Of a stretch of DNA of 64,000 bases, positions 22,824-35,561 are shown one piece after another (position 1 is the first letter of the stretch; every line of letters starts with the position of its first letter). Source of the stretch: Octopus sinensis (Eukaryota); assembly GCF_006345805.1 (NCBI RefSeq), contig NC_043001.1, positions 15,438,001 through 15,502,000 of the forward strand, written 5' to 3'. A program made the translations under genes and the position numbers. The notes below the pieces were generated by a model. It searched no databases and was not told where the DNA came from. It saw nothing but the letters and a program-made list of their open reading frames with translations.

Positions 22824-22899
22824 ATGTTTATATGAAATTTTGAATTTAGTTCATGGACATCCAGTACTGTCTTTGCGGACCCTAGGTTGGGAAAAGCTG
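22271..22899. mobile_element. hAT-type MITE with nested repeats
   Basis: TIR cagtggttcccaacc / ggttgggaaaagctg; 8-bp TSD atctagtc / gtctagtc. Confidence 0.75.
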
Positions 22900-23658
22900 G
22901 TCTAGTCCCTTATCAGCCTTGATCGAGTTTATTACTTTCGGCTTTTGCAATACAATAAAAAGACCAAACTTACAACAAAACACTGCACGCATTCCATTCG
23001 CAAATAATTACAGAGCTGCGCTCCATTATGCACTTAGAACTCCAATAAAACTATAACGACTAAAAGCAATCATAGCGAGACAGCCACGTAGTGTCAGTCA
23101 AGGAAAGCCCCACCAGGTCTAGGATTAACCTGAAGACCAAGGACCGACGACAGAAAACCGTTAAGTAAAAGAAGCATGTGCTCAGGGAATCAGAAGTGGA
23201 GGAGGACAGCAGAAATGGTAAATGGTTTACGGTACAAAAGAAATCACTTTAAACTTGTTAAAGTACTTTTCGAAGTGGCTTATATGATCGGAAATATAAT
23301 TTCGAAATCTTTATGGCATCATAGTGAGGATCTGTTTGAAGACTTTGCAATTAAAAAAGTGGCGAAAACTTTTCAATTATAAATAAAGTAGAAGTATGCA
23401 AAAATAAACATTATTTTCCATATTAATGTTAGGTTTGTTTCATTACTAAAGTAAAAATTCATTTTGTGGTTTAGTATTGTTTATATTTTGAATTTCAGTG
23501 ATAAGGAAGTGCCAAAATGTTCAAAAGTTCTTTGGGCTTCTTATGGGTGTTAATCCGATCCTGGATAATAACTTCTCTCAGATACGTTCTCTGGTCTAAA
23601 ACCGTATATTAAAAAATAGACTCTCTATATATTTGAATGCGCGCGCGTAAGTGTGTGT

Positions 23659-24035
23659 AGGCACAATGGCCCAGTGGTTACGGCAGCGGAGTCGCGGTTA
23701 TAGGATCACCGTTTCGATTCCCAGATCGGGTGTTGTGAGTGTTTATTGAGCGAAAACATCTAAAGCCTCACAAGGCTCCGGCAGGGGATGATGATAAACC
23801 CTGCTGTATTCTTTCACCACAACTTTCTCTCACTCTTTCTTCCTACTTCTGTTGTACCTGTATTTCAAAAGGCCAGCCTTGTCACACTCTGTGTCACACT
23901 GAGTCTCCCCGAGAACTACGTTAAGTGTACACGTGTCCGTGGAGTGCTCAGCTACTTGCACGTTAATTTTACGAGCAGGCTGTTCCGTTGATCGGATCTA
24001 CTGTAACTCTCGTCGTCGTAACCGACAGTGCCACG
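23659..24035 (+). mobile_element. SINE family D, full length
   Basis: ggcacaatggcccagtggtta head, gtttcgattcc B box, tail gcacgttaatt..acgagcaggctgttccgttgatcggatc. Confidence 0.85.
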
Positions 24036-24054
24036 TTACACGATATATATACAT

Positions 24055-24265
24055 ATGAAGTTAATCCAAACATGAAAACAAAGACAAAACACAACAACGC
24101 GAGAACGTGGAACAAGTATAGTGTTAGTGGACGCTCAGGAAAGGAAAGAAAGAAGGAGGATTTAACGTTTCGAGTGGAGCTCTTCGTCAGAAACATAGGA
24201 AAAGGAAAGGTCCAAAGAAGGGAAGACGGGGTGAAAAATCGCCAACACGCGGTCACATTTTACAT
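24055..24265 (-). mobile_element. Short HHR-bearing non-autonomous element (copy 1)
   Basis: High similarity to 59683-59895; TA-rich flanks. Confidence 0.8.
24160..24194 (-). ncRNA. Minimal type I hammerhead ribozyme
   Basis: gttt-CTGACGA-a-gag/ctc-GAAA-cg-TT-aaat; palindrome AACGTT. Confidence 0.75.
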
Positions 24266-24284
24266 ATATATATGTATAAGTAGG

Positions 24285-24288
24285 TAGG

Positions 24289-24383
<95 letters not shown>

Positions 24384-24400
24384 TAGATAGATAGATAGAT

Positions 24401-24463
<63 letters not shown>

Positions 24464-24465
24464 GA
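24285..24465. repeat. (GATA)n microsatellite
   Basis: Directly visible. Confidence 0.97.
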
Positions 24466-25260
24466 TAATAAAATATATACATAGATAAACCGACACACAG
24501 ATGTATGAAGAGACAGAAAGACAGATAGATATGTGACAGCATTTCTCTCTAGATTCCGTCAGTCAAATTTCCCTCATAAGGTATTGGTCATTTCGAAGTT
24601 ACGACAGAAAACACCTGCCCAAATTATTGTGCAGTTGGATTAAATCCGGGACCATTTGATTGAGGAACGACCTTTTTAACCACACACCCATCCCCCCTGT
24701 ACTTGTAATCTATTTTATCGATCTGTGAATGATGAACGGTAAACTCGATCGCGGAGCATTTTGAACACAAAATCACAAAGGAACTCTACCAAATATTTTT
24801 GTCCGATGTTCTCTCAATTGTGCCATTTTATCTCACTTTATATTAGAAAACAGAAATGAAAACAAAATATGGAGCTGAAAAGATGGGGGGGGAGTGACAG
24901 TCTATGGTAATAGCGTCACTTCAAAGAGAATTTCTTAATTTAGACAAACAAAACCGTGCTGGGACCTGTTGCACCTGTATACATCCAACAGAGACCTCTG
25001 GCTGTTAGCGTTGATTTGGTTGTGTGTAGAAGACTATACTGAAGCATGCATGTGTGTAAAAGTGTGTGTGTGTGTATATATATGTGTGTGTGTGTGTGTG
25101 TGTTTGTGTTTTGAAGTGTATGGTAGCTTGTATCAGTTTTCTTTGTTTCTTTTTAACCCCAGATGGTAACATCTGCTCATCTGCCACACCTAAACACACA
25201 CACATAGAGGTGTATTTATGTATGCGCGCGTATGTGTGTGTGTATGTGGTGGTGGTGGTG

Positions 25261-25291
<31 letters not shown>

Positions 25292-26754
25292 AGTGTGTGT
25301 ATACGTGTGTGTGCGTATGTTTGTACTTTGACGGGGCAACATGACAGTATTTTGTCTCGTTCGTAAAACATAAACATCGTCGAAGAATCTCGTCAGGGTT
25401 CGCAGATGTATTTCTCCGATTCCCTTACCATTTTACTAAGAAAGCGAATTGGCAGAATCGTATGAGTATCGCAAAATACTGGCTTAGTTATTCATTCCAG
25501 CTCTCTGAGTTCGAATCTTGCAGAAGTCATCTTTATGTTTCGTCCTTTTGGGTTCGATGACTAAAATACCGGAATTATATTCGAGTCGATTCTTCTGTCT
25601 GAATTTTATTTTTTACTTAAATGTCCACCCATATCACATTGTGTCACGTGCGATGAAGGACGATAGCATGAATAAATGTGCAAAACAGAGTCCGGTGTTA
25701 TCACCATAGAACACATGTAGAGATCGATTCTCATTGGTTTGTCATATGATCAAATTTATTGCTTCTGTTCTGATGCTACTCTGATGCAGAGGGTCCAAAG
25801 CTAATGACATCACTCCAAGGCTAATGACATCAAGAGCAATTACTCTACAAAGCTAATTAAAAATGATTAATGACGATTTTGGCCTTTAATGTCTGAAAAT
25901 TTTCTAGTCACGGTTTCCATCGGCGACAACAAATGGACATTATTCATTTCCGGTTCAGAGTATAGAACTTCCAGTTAGACAAAGCCTGCTGTTTCGTGGC
26001 CCTTTGAAGATTTGGGTAACTCTGTCAATGAAGACCATGCCAGTCCTTGGTGTCTGACTTTTCAAATGAATTGTAGGATTTCTCCTTTCCCTTTATCTAC
26101 ATCACTATACCTACTTTTAATGCAGGTTGGAGGTATTATGCTTGTTTGACTTGTTTAAAGAAGCAGATTTCCATTGATTGCCAGATAGATATGATTTAAT
26201 AATTACAAGTTGGCTGGTGACTGTAGTTCGGATTTTTGAGGTTATAGTTCTTGATATGGTGAGTCATGTTTTCCAGACAAGAATAACTGACATTAATATT
26301 ATACGAATTAAAAAGCTTATGGTATGTATGCGTTGGTGGGGATTAACGTAATAATAGAGACAGAAAAGTCTTGACCATGATTAGGCTGTGTGGTGAATTA
26401 AACTAGATAACTTTCCTCTTCTGATTCTATACGGTGATAAAGATTTATTCACTTATACCTGTTTTTCAATTACACCACTCTTATCTGGGACATCATTATA
26501 ATAGATAGCTGCCCTATTTAAAATATTCCTCTTCAAAGTTAGACCAGAGTTTCTCCTTATTCAAGCGACAACTTTTCTTATTATCACTAATAGTTGGAAT
26601 TTTTATAGATGTATTTATTCAGCTTTCTATAGCGGTAGCGTTTGCCTGTCCCTACGTAAATGTTGACTATCATTTTGTTAGTACAACTAATAAATAATTT
26701 CTAAATTTAGCTCAAGGGGGTGGGTTATTCATTTGAGGTTGCTAAGTCATCATA

Positions 26755-27079
26755 CGAGGGTGGGTGGAAAAGTTCACAGACTATGAAGGAGTGATAGTAG
26801 AACTATAAAATCTTGCATGCATTAATTCCAGCCTTTCTTATTAATAACAGAATTGTCTCTTTCTATGTCAACTGGCTTATGACTGTTCAAAGAAAACTTC
26901 AAATGTAACTAGTAGTAACTTTTCTTGAAAATGGACAAAATTTGGCACTGTAATATTATCAAGTACCTTCAGAAAAAGAGATTCCCCCCTCTCCAAAAGG
27001 CATTCATGCTGACATGCTTGCAACATTAGGGGTGACGCTTCAGTTTTATCAACAGTACAAATGTGGGCAACAGAAGTGT
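26755..27079 (+). mobile_element. Mariner 5' fragment with transposase N-terminus
   Basis: ta|cgagggtggg..aaaagttc terminus; ATG at 26931 gives MDKIWHCNIIKYLQKK..PKGIHADMLATLG..ASVLSTVQMWATE. Confidence 0.75.
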
Positions 27080-27110
27080 GTGTGTGTGTTATGGATTATG
27101 ACCCGGTAGG

Positions 27111-27165
27111 CCACACTGACGAGGCTCAGGGTTTCAATACTCAGAAGCCGAAACCTGGTTTGTGG
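27111..27165 (+). ncRNA. Complete minimal type I hammerhead ribozyme
   Basis: ccaca-CTGACGA-ggct(19 nt)agcc-GAAA-cctgg-TT-tgtgg: perfect 5-bp helix I, 4-bp helix II, helix III ACC-T-GGT. Confidence 0.85.
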
Positions 27166-27234
27166 ATATCCTTAATTGCATAATATTTTTATTTGTGCTG
27201 TTAAATCTTTTTATTTAATTTAAATTAAATCTTT

Positions 27235-27470
27235 TAAATTTATACGAAGCGTAAGGATGCTTAACAAGCATCCACCTGCTAGAAATAAGAGCTAAAATCT
27301 TAAATTTATCCACCGTACCGTCCCAAGATAACAGAGAAAAACAGTATGCGAGAAAAACAGAAGTTTTTCTCTGTTATCTTGGGACGGTACGGTGGATAAA
27401 TTTAAGATTTTAGCTCTTATTTCTAGCAGGTGGATGCTTGTTAAGCATCCTTACGCTTCGTATAAATTTA
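27235..27470. repeat. Perfect 108-bp inverted repeat, 20-nt spacer
   Basis: 27235-27342 is the exact reverse complement of 27363-27470. Confidence 0.95.
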
Positions 27471-28112
27471 TGATTCATAGCTATTTAATGCTATTGTGGC
27501 TGCGATCCACTTATGTCACTGCTGGTGATATTATCAATTTTAAAATTTATCCACAGATGATATGAACAGTAGTGTGAAAAGCGAAAGTGAAAACAATAGA
27601 GAGTGAGTGAGATATAGAGACGGGGGAGAGAAAGAGAGAGATAGGTAAGATAGAGAGAGAGAGAGAGAGAGAGATATGGACGTCGCTGACGTTAGAAAAC
27701 AGGAAGTAAATGTTTTTAAAAACTTTCGAAGACAGGAATCTAATATAAAAAGCAATACTTTTTAATGACCAATGGCTATAATGGAGACAACCAGTTTCTG
27801 AAAGTTACTTCGTAAAGAGTTACCTCCTTTCTGCACGTAACCCAGGAACGGGAGTTTTCGCTCCAAAGGGTCCGTTACTCATTATGTGAAAAATTTTAAG
27901 TATCTAAAACCGTCCCTGGAACATAAGTAATGTATGTTCCCAGTTTGGAGAAGATCAGTTAAAAAATACGGCCGTTATGATCTTTTACACGCACACACAG
28001 ACAGAACGGTATACACACACACATATATATATAGCACCAGGTGGTGCTATTAAGTTAGACATGGCCTGGGCCAATAATGGCCGAAACCTATCAAAGTATC
28101 AAAGTATATATA

Positions 28113-28450
28113 CATTTGCGGCCAAAATGTTCAGAACGGCATTGTTTGCGTCAGAAAAGTAAGTATAAGTTTTTATCAATGTAGTTTATATTCTATAATT
28201 TTCACAGACAATAAATACAATATTAATTGTTATTGTCTGAGATTTTGGTGTAATGGGTTTTGCAGTAAATCACTAAATCATCCATAACTTTTGTATTATC
28301 CTCTCAAATTACACCAGAATCTCAGGCAATAACAAATAATATTGTATTTATTGTCTGTGAAAATTATAGAATATAAAACAACTTTGATAAAAAATTATAT
28401 ATACTTTTCTGACGCAAACAATGCCGTTCTGAACATTTTGGCCGCCACTG
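28113..28450. mobile_element. Tc1-type MITE with ~140-bp TIRs
   Basis: ca(g)t(g)gcggccaaaatgttcagaacggcattgtttgcgtcagaaaag at both ends, TA flanks. Confidence 0.85.
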
Positions 28451-28669
28451 TATATATATATATATATATATGACAGGCTTCCACGTGGTTTATATCAATC
28501 AAATTCCCTCACAAGGTATTTATTAACCCTATGCATAGCGAGTAAGTGTGGTTGTCTGGGTGACTGAGACGTTTACTACGAACAGAGGCGGCTCCAAGAC
28601 AGTTCCCTGGGGGACTCAACTTGCTATTAATGTTACTTTGGAGAGGGCTCCCACACATTTATATGTATG

Positions 28670-28718
<49 letters not shown>

Positions 28719-29334
28719 GTAAGCTGACGTTGCATCATTCGTGTGATATATCTTAAAACTAAAAAAATCTAAACTAACCAATAACTATACTGTATATACA
28801 AACGCATCCAAACACACACACATACACACACTCACGCACGCACACACACATACACACGTGCATATGCATTCTTATATCAATGAGTTTATATAATTGGTTC
28901 AACTTATCAGAACCGACCCATTTTTCAACAGAGATGTACTTTGTATAGATCTACGCAATCCAATAATGACCCTTCATGTGGAAAACTTCTGTTGAAATAT
29001 CAAAGAGATTAGAAGAAACGTTAGAACACACGATTAAGAATATTTTTCAAAGTGTTTTGCTTAATATGGAAAATAATTTCAAAAACCAATCTTTACCATA
29101 TGTTTTAGTATTTCTTCCAAGAACTGATAAACGTCTCAGAAAAGATTCTAATATTACGGAATGGTTGTTTAACAAAGGCAATTAAGAAAATACTAATCGA
29201 AAAAGTTGTCAAAGGTTTTGAACTTCAAAAGCTTAATAAGGAATAAAACTGGTAAGAAAAATATCTTGGAAACCTTCAAAGAATTTTCTAATTTGGGGAA
29301 TTTTGCTCCGATTCTGCAACTTTTTCTCTCTCTT

Positions 29335-29705
29335 TCTCTCTTTTACTTGTTTCAGTCATTTGACTGCGGCCATGCTGGGGCACCGCCTTTAATCGAGCAA
29401 CTCGACCCCGGGACTTTTGTAAGCCCAGTACTTATTCTGTCGGTCTCTTTTGCCGAACCGCTAAGTAACGGGGACATAAACACACCAGCATCGGTTGTCA
29501 AGCAATGCTAGGGAGACAAACACAGACACACAAACACACACATGCATATATATACATATATACGACGGGCTTCTTTCAGTTTCCGTCTACCAAATCCACT
29601 CACAAGGCTTTGGTCGGCCCGGGGCTATAGTAGAAGACACTTGCCCAAGGTGCCACGCAGTGGGACTGAACCCGGAACCATGTGGTTGGTAAGCAAGCTA
29701 CTTCT
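29335..29705 (-). mobile_element. SINE family A
   Basis: Homology to the other copies. Confidence 0.9.
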
Positions 29706-31319
29706 CAATCACCTGTTCTTATTTTTGTAGTTGTTATTATTATTTGTTATTGATTTTGTTGGTCATCATCACCATCACCTCATCGTCTTCTTCTCCTCTC
29801 CTCCCTCCACCTCCTTCTCTTCTTCTTCCTCATCCTTCTCCCTTCTCTTTTCCTACTCCTCTTCCCTCTTCTTCCTTCCACCTCTTCCTTCTCTTCCTCC
29901 TCCTTTGCCGCCCCTTCTCTTCCTTTTTCCTTCTCTTTTTCTTTTCCTCCATGTCTTTACAAGCATAAATATTAACTCCTCAACGCTACGTGTTATACAT
30001 TATACATCAAGAAATTTTGTTGTTGTTGTTGTTGCTGTTGCTTTCGTTTAACCCCAAACAGAGGCATCATTAAGCAGACAGACCAGTGTTTAAAGACGTT
30101 CCATCTGCGACAAGTCTACATGTTTGCATATCAAATTCTACACTATCCAATGTATTCTCGCCTGATATGTTCTAACTGGTCAAGCAACCTTAGAGCTACA
30201 CCTTTCGTCATTTATCTTGGCAATTACAGTATACAATTCTTAAATAAAATGTGCTTTATTCTATATATTTCTGATCGAATCATGTAATTAAAATCTTCAA
30301 TAATAAAACAATTTAAAAATCACATTTTGATAAAAATATATTAAAATTAGAATTTTAAAGAGTTTTCTCGGCAGTGTAAACTTTAATAATTCGTTTCTGT
30401 TAGTAAAAGTTACATACTCATAACTAATTAGCAAGCAGCTTTCCTTATCATAGTATACATATACTTAGAAGTTAATGACACCAGATTTGGTAGCTATGCC
30501 TCGACTCTAGAATTCCTTCTTATCTTGAAAATTGTAATGTATATTTGTCATGCAAAATGTTTCTGCCCTATATATGATGAGGTGAATTTATTATGGAGAT
30601 AAGGTATTGGCCATGAAGAGATAAAATAACGTGATTGGACGCTGGATTTGGTTGTTATATGTCTACCGTGTATTTCCCTAATTAGCTCGAAAACTGCAAT
30701 GTATAATTGCTCGATAAGTGGAGAGATGAGTTAACTGAGGGCTTGAGGTATCGGTCGTGAATTGAAATTTAAATCGCTGCAAGGATTTTGTTGTGTTTCT
30801 TCGTTGTCCCTCTCTATCTAACTGTTCAGGTAGCAGGTCATAAATGTCATGGGAGACAGAACGACAGATTAACTAAAGGAATTACCTCTTATGTATCCCG
30901 TGGATCATTGAGGCAGAAAAGGTATTCACAGCTGTTGTCTTTGTTCCGGGGAAACAAAAAGAAAACAAGGATTGTATTTTCTTTATTGACATGTTAATTC
31001 ACGAGGTTGGAAGTTGGTTCCTGAAGATTTACATATCCTTCTTTCTCATTCAGTTGTTCCTTGATGGTTTTCATTTATTACTTTTCAAAGCAAAGAGCTT
31101 GTTAAGGTTATTTCTATAGAAAATCCGTCGTGATAATCTTAACTATTGACGTAATAGCACTGCTAACACAGTAGAACGTGGTATTGACTTATAAAGACAT
31201 TTAATATACTTTGTTATTTATTATGATTGCATAACGAAATACCGTGTCCCTACACGAAAAGCGTTTTATTAATGACGTGTATTTAGCATGCTTTTTTAGT
31301 ATACTTCCATGGTATTTAG

Positions 31320-32316
31320 CAGGAATTGTCAAAAATGCATTTTCAGAGATTGCAATAAATTTATTTCGTTGCAAAGAATTTATTGCATTTTATTTATTGT
31401 TTTTGCAATAAATTAATTACAATTTTCTTTCGTCGCAATAAATTGCAATGCTCTCCAGAAAACCCCCTTGTAAAATTTTTACGCCTCCAAAAATGTCATT
31501 TTTTTGCAAAAAAATAACAGTACATTTCTAATGAAAGCTCTACTTTCTCAATTTTTGTTGATCTATTTCTTTGCTGTCCGAAAGATGTTTGGATCACCCG
31601 CATTTTCAAAAAAATTCTCACACTGCCTGCTAGAATAACAAAATCGACCACCAATGTGTGATATGACCTAGGATGGAAAAACATTCCTACAACGCTCCCC
31701 TTAGGGCCCATACCACCCCAATCAAAACAGAAAAAAAACCATGAATGGAAAAAGGACGGTTTCATACTATTAGCAATTAAAATGAGTCTGCATTTAACAA
31801 TTTACATGAGGGGATTGGATGAAACGATACGTGAAACAAGTTCGTTATCCCAAAGATGGTCATATACTCTTGAAAACAGTTGCATCTCCAGATATACGGA
31901 TGATAATTGATGTCTTGTATCATCGAAGGCATTCGCTGCTACACTGAAGAACCTTTCAACCAAGTTAGTCGTTGGCGAAATGAATGCTGTATTAATATAA
32001 CGTGGTTGGCAGGCACCCATCTCGCTTCGACGCTTTTTGAGGACATTGCAAGCGAAGTTGTCCGGTTCATCGTCCAAAACCGTTTCTTGTTCTGGTGTAT
32101 TGGTCAGCTTTAAGCTTACAACAAATTCCTTTTCACCTGCAGCCAGCTCAGTGGCCTTTTTGATTTTGTATTTTTTAGCAAAGACTTCTCGAACAAAGGG
32201 AATTAGTTTGCAATTAATTGCAATCTTCGCAATAAATTATTGCAATTGAAAAGAGCTTAGCAGTAAATTAATTTATTGCAATTAATTTTTGACCAATAAA
32301 TTTTTGACAACCCCTG
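31320..32316 (-). mobile_element. Internally deleted hAT transposon with C-terminal dimerisation-domain remnant
   Basis: 16-bp TIR caggaattgtcaaaaa / tttttgacaacccctg, 8-bp TSD gtatttag / gtattcag, subterminal ttgcaataaatt repeats, ORF with PTTNLVERFFSVA..LEMQLF. Confidence 0.9.
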
Positions 32317-32925
32317 GTATTCAGTGTGTTCTGCTTCGCCTTCGTTGTTCACATTCATGTTTTATGGTCGCTATGAGTTATTTCTCACAGCTCGCTTCTA
32401 TTACAAACACACGCACACACACAAAACACACACACACTCACGTTCACACACCACCACACACATACGGATGTCACAGGGAAAATCATTACGAAACAGGAAA
32501 TCACAGAAAAAAAATTCACAGGAAATCATCAATAAACGATTGATTGAATGTCCTTTGTATTGTTTCCTTATTTCATTCAATAAAGAGATTCAATAATAAA
32601 ACGATTTTTTCTTCACATCTATAATAACACCATTGTATTTAAACTATGTTGCATTGTATTAAAGTCGTTCACTTTAATAAAGCGGCTGAAAAGATTTGCT
32701 TAGTTTCTCTTTAATCTATGGGCGGAGAGTGTTATGTAACATTTTTCCGTGAGACAGATTTTGCTTTTTGTTTTTATTTTATTTTATTTTATTTACCTAT
32801 TTTGCATTTTATTGTCATTTCAGATCCGTTTACAATCTTTATTTTTAATTCCTGCACAATTTACACCAACTGCATTGCACTTTGAGAATATCGAGTTCCC
32901 AGATAAATTTGTTGTTTTCTCAGCA

Positions 32926-33210
32926 TTTGTTTGTTTGTTTGTTTGTTTGTTTGTTTGTTTGTTTGTTTGTTTGTTTGTTTGTTTGTTTGTTTGTTTGTTT
33001 GTTTGTTTGTTTGTTTGTTTGTTTGTTTGTTTGTTTGTTTGTTTGTTTGTTTGTTTGTTTGTTTGTTTGTTTGTTTGTTTGTTTGTTTGGTTTGTTGGTT
33101 GGTTTGTTGGTTTGTTTTTTGTTTGTTTGTTTGTTTGTTTGTTTGTTTGTTTGTTTGTTGTTTGTTTGTTGTTTGGTTGTTTGTTTGTTTGTTTGTTTGT
33201 TTGTTTTTAT
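32926..33210. repeat. (TTTG)n microsatellite
   Basis: Directly visible. Confidence 0.98.
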
Positions 33211-33360
33211 GTGGCACTCCGTCGTTAGATTTTCTTTTACTTGTTTCAGTCATTTGACTGCGGCCATGCTGGAGCACCGCCTTTAGTCGAGCAAATCGAC
33301 TCCAGGACTTATTCTTCGTAAGCCTTGTACATATTCTACCGGAATAATGGGGAGGGAGGA

Positions 33361-33424
<64 letters not shown>

Positions 33425-33880
33425 TACATACATACATCATACATACATTATTGTTCTTTCTTACGAAAAAATATAGAACTGCTTAAGAAGAGCTCGGGGT
33501 CGAACCCGAGACAAAAGATAGGAATTCAGATCTAAACTCAAATCAGGCAATCATACTCATACACTAATAATTTCGCCTTAAAATGCGTATACATATATTA
33601 ATACATATCGACACATATGAATATTTTAAAATATATTTATAAAATATATATATATAAATACATATAAATACATGTAAATAAAACCCATGTGAGCTGCGTA
33701 TGGAAGGAAGTGAGAGAAAATTAGAAAACTGATAATTTTAAATACTAAAATGAAGAGTGGTTAAAAGTTTCAATTAAAAGATCCATAGAGTTCGATGTGT
33801 TTTTTAAAAATATATAAATGGTATATAAAGTATATAATACAGTTTGTAAATGGTATATATATTCTATAACAGTTTGTAAA

Positions 33881-34276
33881 TCTTTATATATAAAAGTCAA
33901 GTTGTGTGTCTGTCTCCTACGATTCAGATTCCTAACTACTCCCACATTTTGCGGTGCAGTTTAACCAAAACCGGGTATCTTATAGTCGTGATTCATATCG
34001 AGCCCTTCTGGGTATTAGCGCGCGTCTACGATGAGTCTACGATTTAAAAAAAATTTACCATCATTTTTTCCCATTTTAATGCATTTTTTCGCTATTATAT
34101 AAGGGAAGTAACTCTCTAAAAATGTCTACGATGAGTCAACGATTTAAAAAAAAAATTACCATCATTTTTTTCCATTTTTAATGCATTTTTTTGCTATTTT
34201 TTGGCTATAACTCTCTAAAAATGCTTATATAGTTATTTCCCTTACAAACCCGAGCAACGCCGGGCGATACTGCTAG
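33881..34276 (+). mobile_element. Non-autonomous Helitron, canonical ends
   Basis: A|TC...cccgagcaacgccggg hairpin...CTAG|T, no TSD. Confidence 0.9.
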
Positions 34277-34467
34277 TGGTATATAAAGTATATAATACAG
34301 TTCAAGGAAGTCAACTTTCCAGAGTTCATATCCTGGTAGAACAATTAATAAAAAATCTTACAAACCAAGCGGACAATGTCGCCATCATCAGGAAAGGTAT
34401 TCTCATAAAATCAAGTATCAAGAATGTGATTTTATGAGGATACTTTTCCTGATTATGGGGACATTGT

Positions 34468-34822
34468 TTTCTACTCTAGGCACAAGGCCCGAAATTTTGG
34501 GGGAGGGAGCCAGTCTATTTAATCGACCCCAATACGCAACTGGTACTTAATTTATCAACTCCGAAAGGATGAAAGGCAAAGTCGACCTCGGAGGAAATTT
34601 GAATTCAGAACATAAAGACAGACGAAACACCTATTTCTTTACTACCCACAAGGGGTTAAACACAGAAGGGACAAACAAGGAAAGACAAACGGATTGAGTC
34701 GATTATATCGACCCCAGTGCGTAACTGGTACTTATTTAATCGACCCCGAAAGGATGAAAGGCAAAGTCGACCTCGGCGAAATTTGAACTCAGACGAAATA
34801 CCGCTAAGCATTTCGCCGGGCG
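34468..34822 (-). mobile_element. SINE family B dimer
   Basis: Two cores, same junction as the 11.1-kb multimer, tail gtgcctagagtagaaaa. Confidence 0.85.
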
Positions 34823-35204
34823 ACCCCCCCCCCCGCAAAAAAAAAAAGAAAAAAACCATACACCACTCCTATAAAAATATATTTTGTTGACTCAGATAAC
34901 ATTGGAAAGAAACGAATGAATTTATCTGACGAACCGTAAACCAAATTTTTTTTTCATCACTACGGTAAAAAAAACAACACGTCTCCCCTAATATGTTACG
35001 TAGTGGAATCGAGCCTAGAATCATATGGTTACAAGATGAATTCTTTAACTTCGTAGATAAGCCTGCATCAGACTCTAAAATAAATGCTTTCTTGTTCTAT
35101 ATTTGGGGCATAAAATTTCATAAACTAAATTTAGAAAATATGTTTCACACATACACACGCACACACATAAGTACATACATACGTATATACACATACATAT
35201 ACAG

Positions 35205-35245
<41 letters not shown>

Positions 35246-35442
35246 ATATATATATATATATATATATATATACAAAATGGGACAAGAACGCAAAACATCC
35301 AGATAGACGACACAAAAAACACGGACGGGCCACGCGAAGCCTTCAATCTTCAGTCAAGAACCGGATCATCCTCGCAACTCCGGCTATAGATACATACATA
35401 CATACATAACATACATACATACATATAATATATACATATATA

Positions 35443-35474
<32 letters not shown>

Positions 35475-35523
35475 GATCTAAGTGATATGATATATATTTC
35501 CCATTGCCGTTCGTCGGACAAAA

Positions 35524-35561
35524 CTGTCCGATGAACGGCAACGGGAAACTCAGAGTAACAG
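35524..35561 (+). ncRNA. Minimal type I hammerhead ribozyme (CCGAUGA variant)
   Basis: ctgt-CCGATGA-a-cg(gcaa)cg-g-GAAA-ctcagag-TA-acag; 4-bp helix I, helix III ACTC-A-GAGT, GUA triplet; helix II short. Confidence 0.7.

Noticed and set aside
25385-25400. CTGACGA on the minus strand (similar lone cores at 37426, 34926, 51096 and 56785)
   Set aside because: No correctly spaced helix II plus GAAA.
28976-29260. AT-rich ORF MWKTSVEISKRLEE...LPYVLVFLPRTDKRLRK, possibly a PLE linker
   Set aside because: Resemblance is too weak to call without an HMM search.
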